Assembly: GCA_043804515.1 (NCBI GenBank)
Contig: JAZDIZ010000012.1
Coordinates: 1-19,707, forward strand
Direction of reading: 5' to 3'
DNA length: 19,707 nt
DNA from: Pseudomonadota bacterium
Lineage (GTDB): Bacteria > Bdellovibrionota_G > JALEGL01 > DATDPG01
Below the pieces are notes generated by a model. The model did no database searches. It worked only from the letters and a program-made list of their open reading frames with translations, and was not told the DNA's origin. Below are positions 18,821-19,707 of the stretch, piece by piece. The position numbers and the translations under genes are program-made. The first letter of the stretch is position 1. Every line of letters begins with the position of its first letter.

Positions 18821-18864
18821 ACCCGGCATCCGTAAGCCAGTACCCGGTGAGGATTTAGGATTAA
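18821..18864 (+). repeat. Post-stop conserved element, copy B
   Basis: ACCCGGCATCCGTAAGCCAGTACCCGGTGAGGATTTAGGATTAA. Shares a 16-nt perfect block GTACCCGGTGAGGATT with copy A. Confidence 0.85.
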
Positions 18865-19316
18865 CAGCTTCCGGAAAAACCCGGTCTTTTGGATCAAGCT
18901 AGTTTCGACAATGGACCTTGGACTCTTCGGAATCAATGTCAGAAATTGTTTAGGGGGAGATGGATAGGGAGCAGGTGATGGTGGACGGAGTCGGCGACCC
19001 CTTGTCGGTCGGCCGACGACCTTCAGCTGTCGTTTAAGGGGCGATCTTTCGCGGCTTTTTGCCGGCGAAGTGAGAGGCAGTCGGCTCGAAAGATTCTTCA
19101 CAAATTGTTCTTTTTTCTTGACGGGTTTGAATCCACATCTTCCCGCTCCAAAACGCTCGTCGCCATAAAGCTCTTATGCCGCGCCTATTTTCGGCCGGTG
19201 ACGCGTAATCGCTTCTTTCGCGAAAACCCTCAATTTCGGACCGTAATCACGGTTCTGAGACCCCAAAGAACGCGTCAGAAAACAGATGTTAGGGTCTCCC
19301 CAAAAGGGAGAACGCC

Positions 19317-19707
19317 ATGGCCATTTCCGCGAATCTTGAATCGCTGACGAATTCCGACCTTCACCAGCGGACGATCGAGCTGGCCAAGAAGGAGCGGCAG
19401 ACGACGTTAGAGCTTCTTAACCACCTTCATGAGGTCGAACGAAGAAAGCTCTTCGCTGAGAAGGGCTACGGGTCCTTGTGGGATTACGTCCAAAGAGCCT
19501 TGGGCTACAGCGAAAACCAGGCCTACGAACGGATCTCAGCCATGCGCCTGATGTTTCGAAGCGATGAGGCGAAAACAGCCTTGGAAAGAGGAAAGCTCAC
19601 GTTGACACAAGCGGCTATGGCGGAGAGGCACCTCCGGGCGGAGGAGCGGGCCGAAGAAAGACCCTTTCCTACGGAGAGAGTGGAATCTCTGATCAGCCGG
19701 ATTGAGG
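19317..19707 (+). CDS. N-terminus of a probable DUF222-like/HNH endonuclease family protein, truncated by the window end; not in the ORF track
   Basis: AAGGGAG RBS, then MAISANLESLTNSDLHQRTIELAKKERQTTLELLNHLHEVERRKLFAEKGYGSLWDYVQRALGYSENQAYERISAMRL..., open to the end. It resembles the N-terminus of multicopy proteins annotated as HNH endonucleases in Bdellovibrionota/Myxococcota (recalled). The HNH domain itself is not in the window. Confidence 0.7.
   Translation, partial: MAISANLESLTNSDLHQRTIELAKKERQTTLELLNHLHEVERRKLFAEKGYGSLWDYVQRALGYSENQAYERISAMRLMFRSDEAKTALERGKLTLTQAAMAERHLRAEERAEERPFPTERVESLISRIE

Noticed and set aside
16859..18864. CRISPR array or integron attC interpretation of the repeats
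   Set aside because: The copies are ~2 kb apart or inverted, with no regular spacers, no RYYYAAC/GTTRRRY ends, and no cas or intI gene in the window.

Overview
A GC-rich bacterial chromosome segment. Gene content and style suggest a deltaproteobacteria-like lineage such as Bdellovibrionota or Myxococcota relatives; this is inference only. The left and central parts are core-like. A tightly packed minus-strand operon runs trihaem cytochrome c lipoprotein, SH3-like exported protein, PorV/FadL-like beta-barrel, a 1037-aa membrane-anchored TPR protein, then serS (truncated at the window edge). It is followed by glpK, a GAF/HD-GYP phosphodiesterase, radA, a PilZ protein with a sigma54-like promoter, ihfB, rho, an unknown polytopic membrane protein, an atypical cdsA and tRNA-Pro(CGG). 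To the right of the tRNA is an accessory-looking region with three exported/outer-membrane genes, one of them frameshifted. Each is followed directly after its stop codon by a copy of the same ~45-bp element, whose 14-bp core also occurs in the rho leader. Then comes a ~450-bp structured non-coding region leading into a truncated ORF resembling the N-terminus of the multicopy DUF222-like/HNH endonucleases. The most notable unexplained signals are the shared post-stop element, the structured leader of the putative HNH gene with mutually exclusive RBS-sequestering pairings, and an inverted copy of the tRNA 3' end beside a tRNA carrying a T-stem mismatch. All calls are from reading the sequence; no searches were run.
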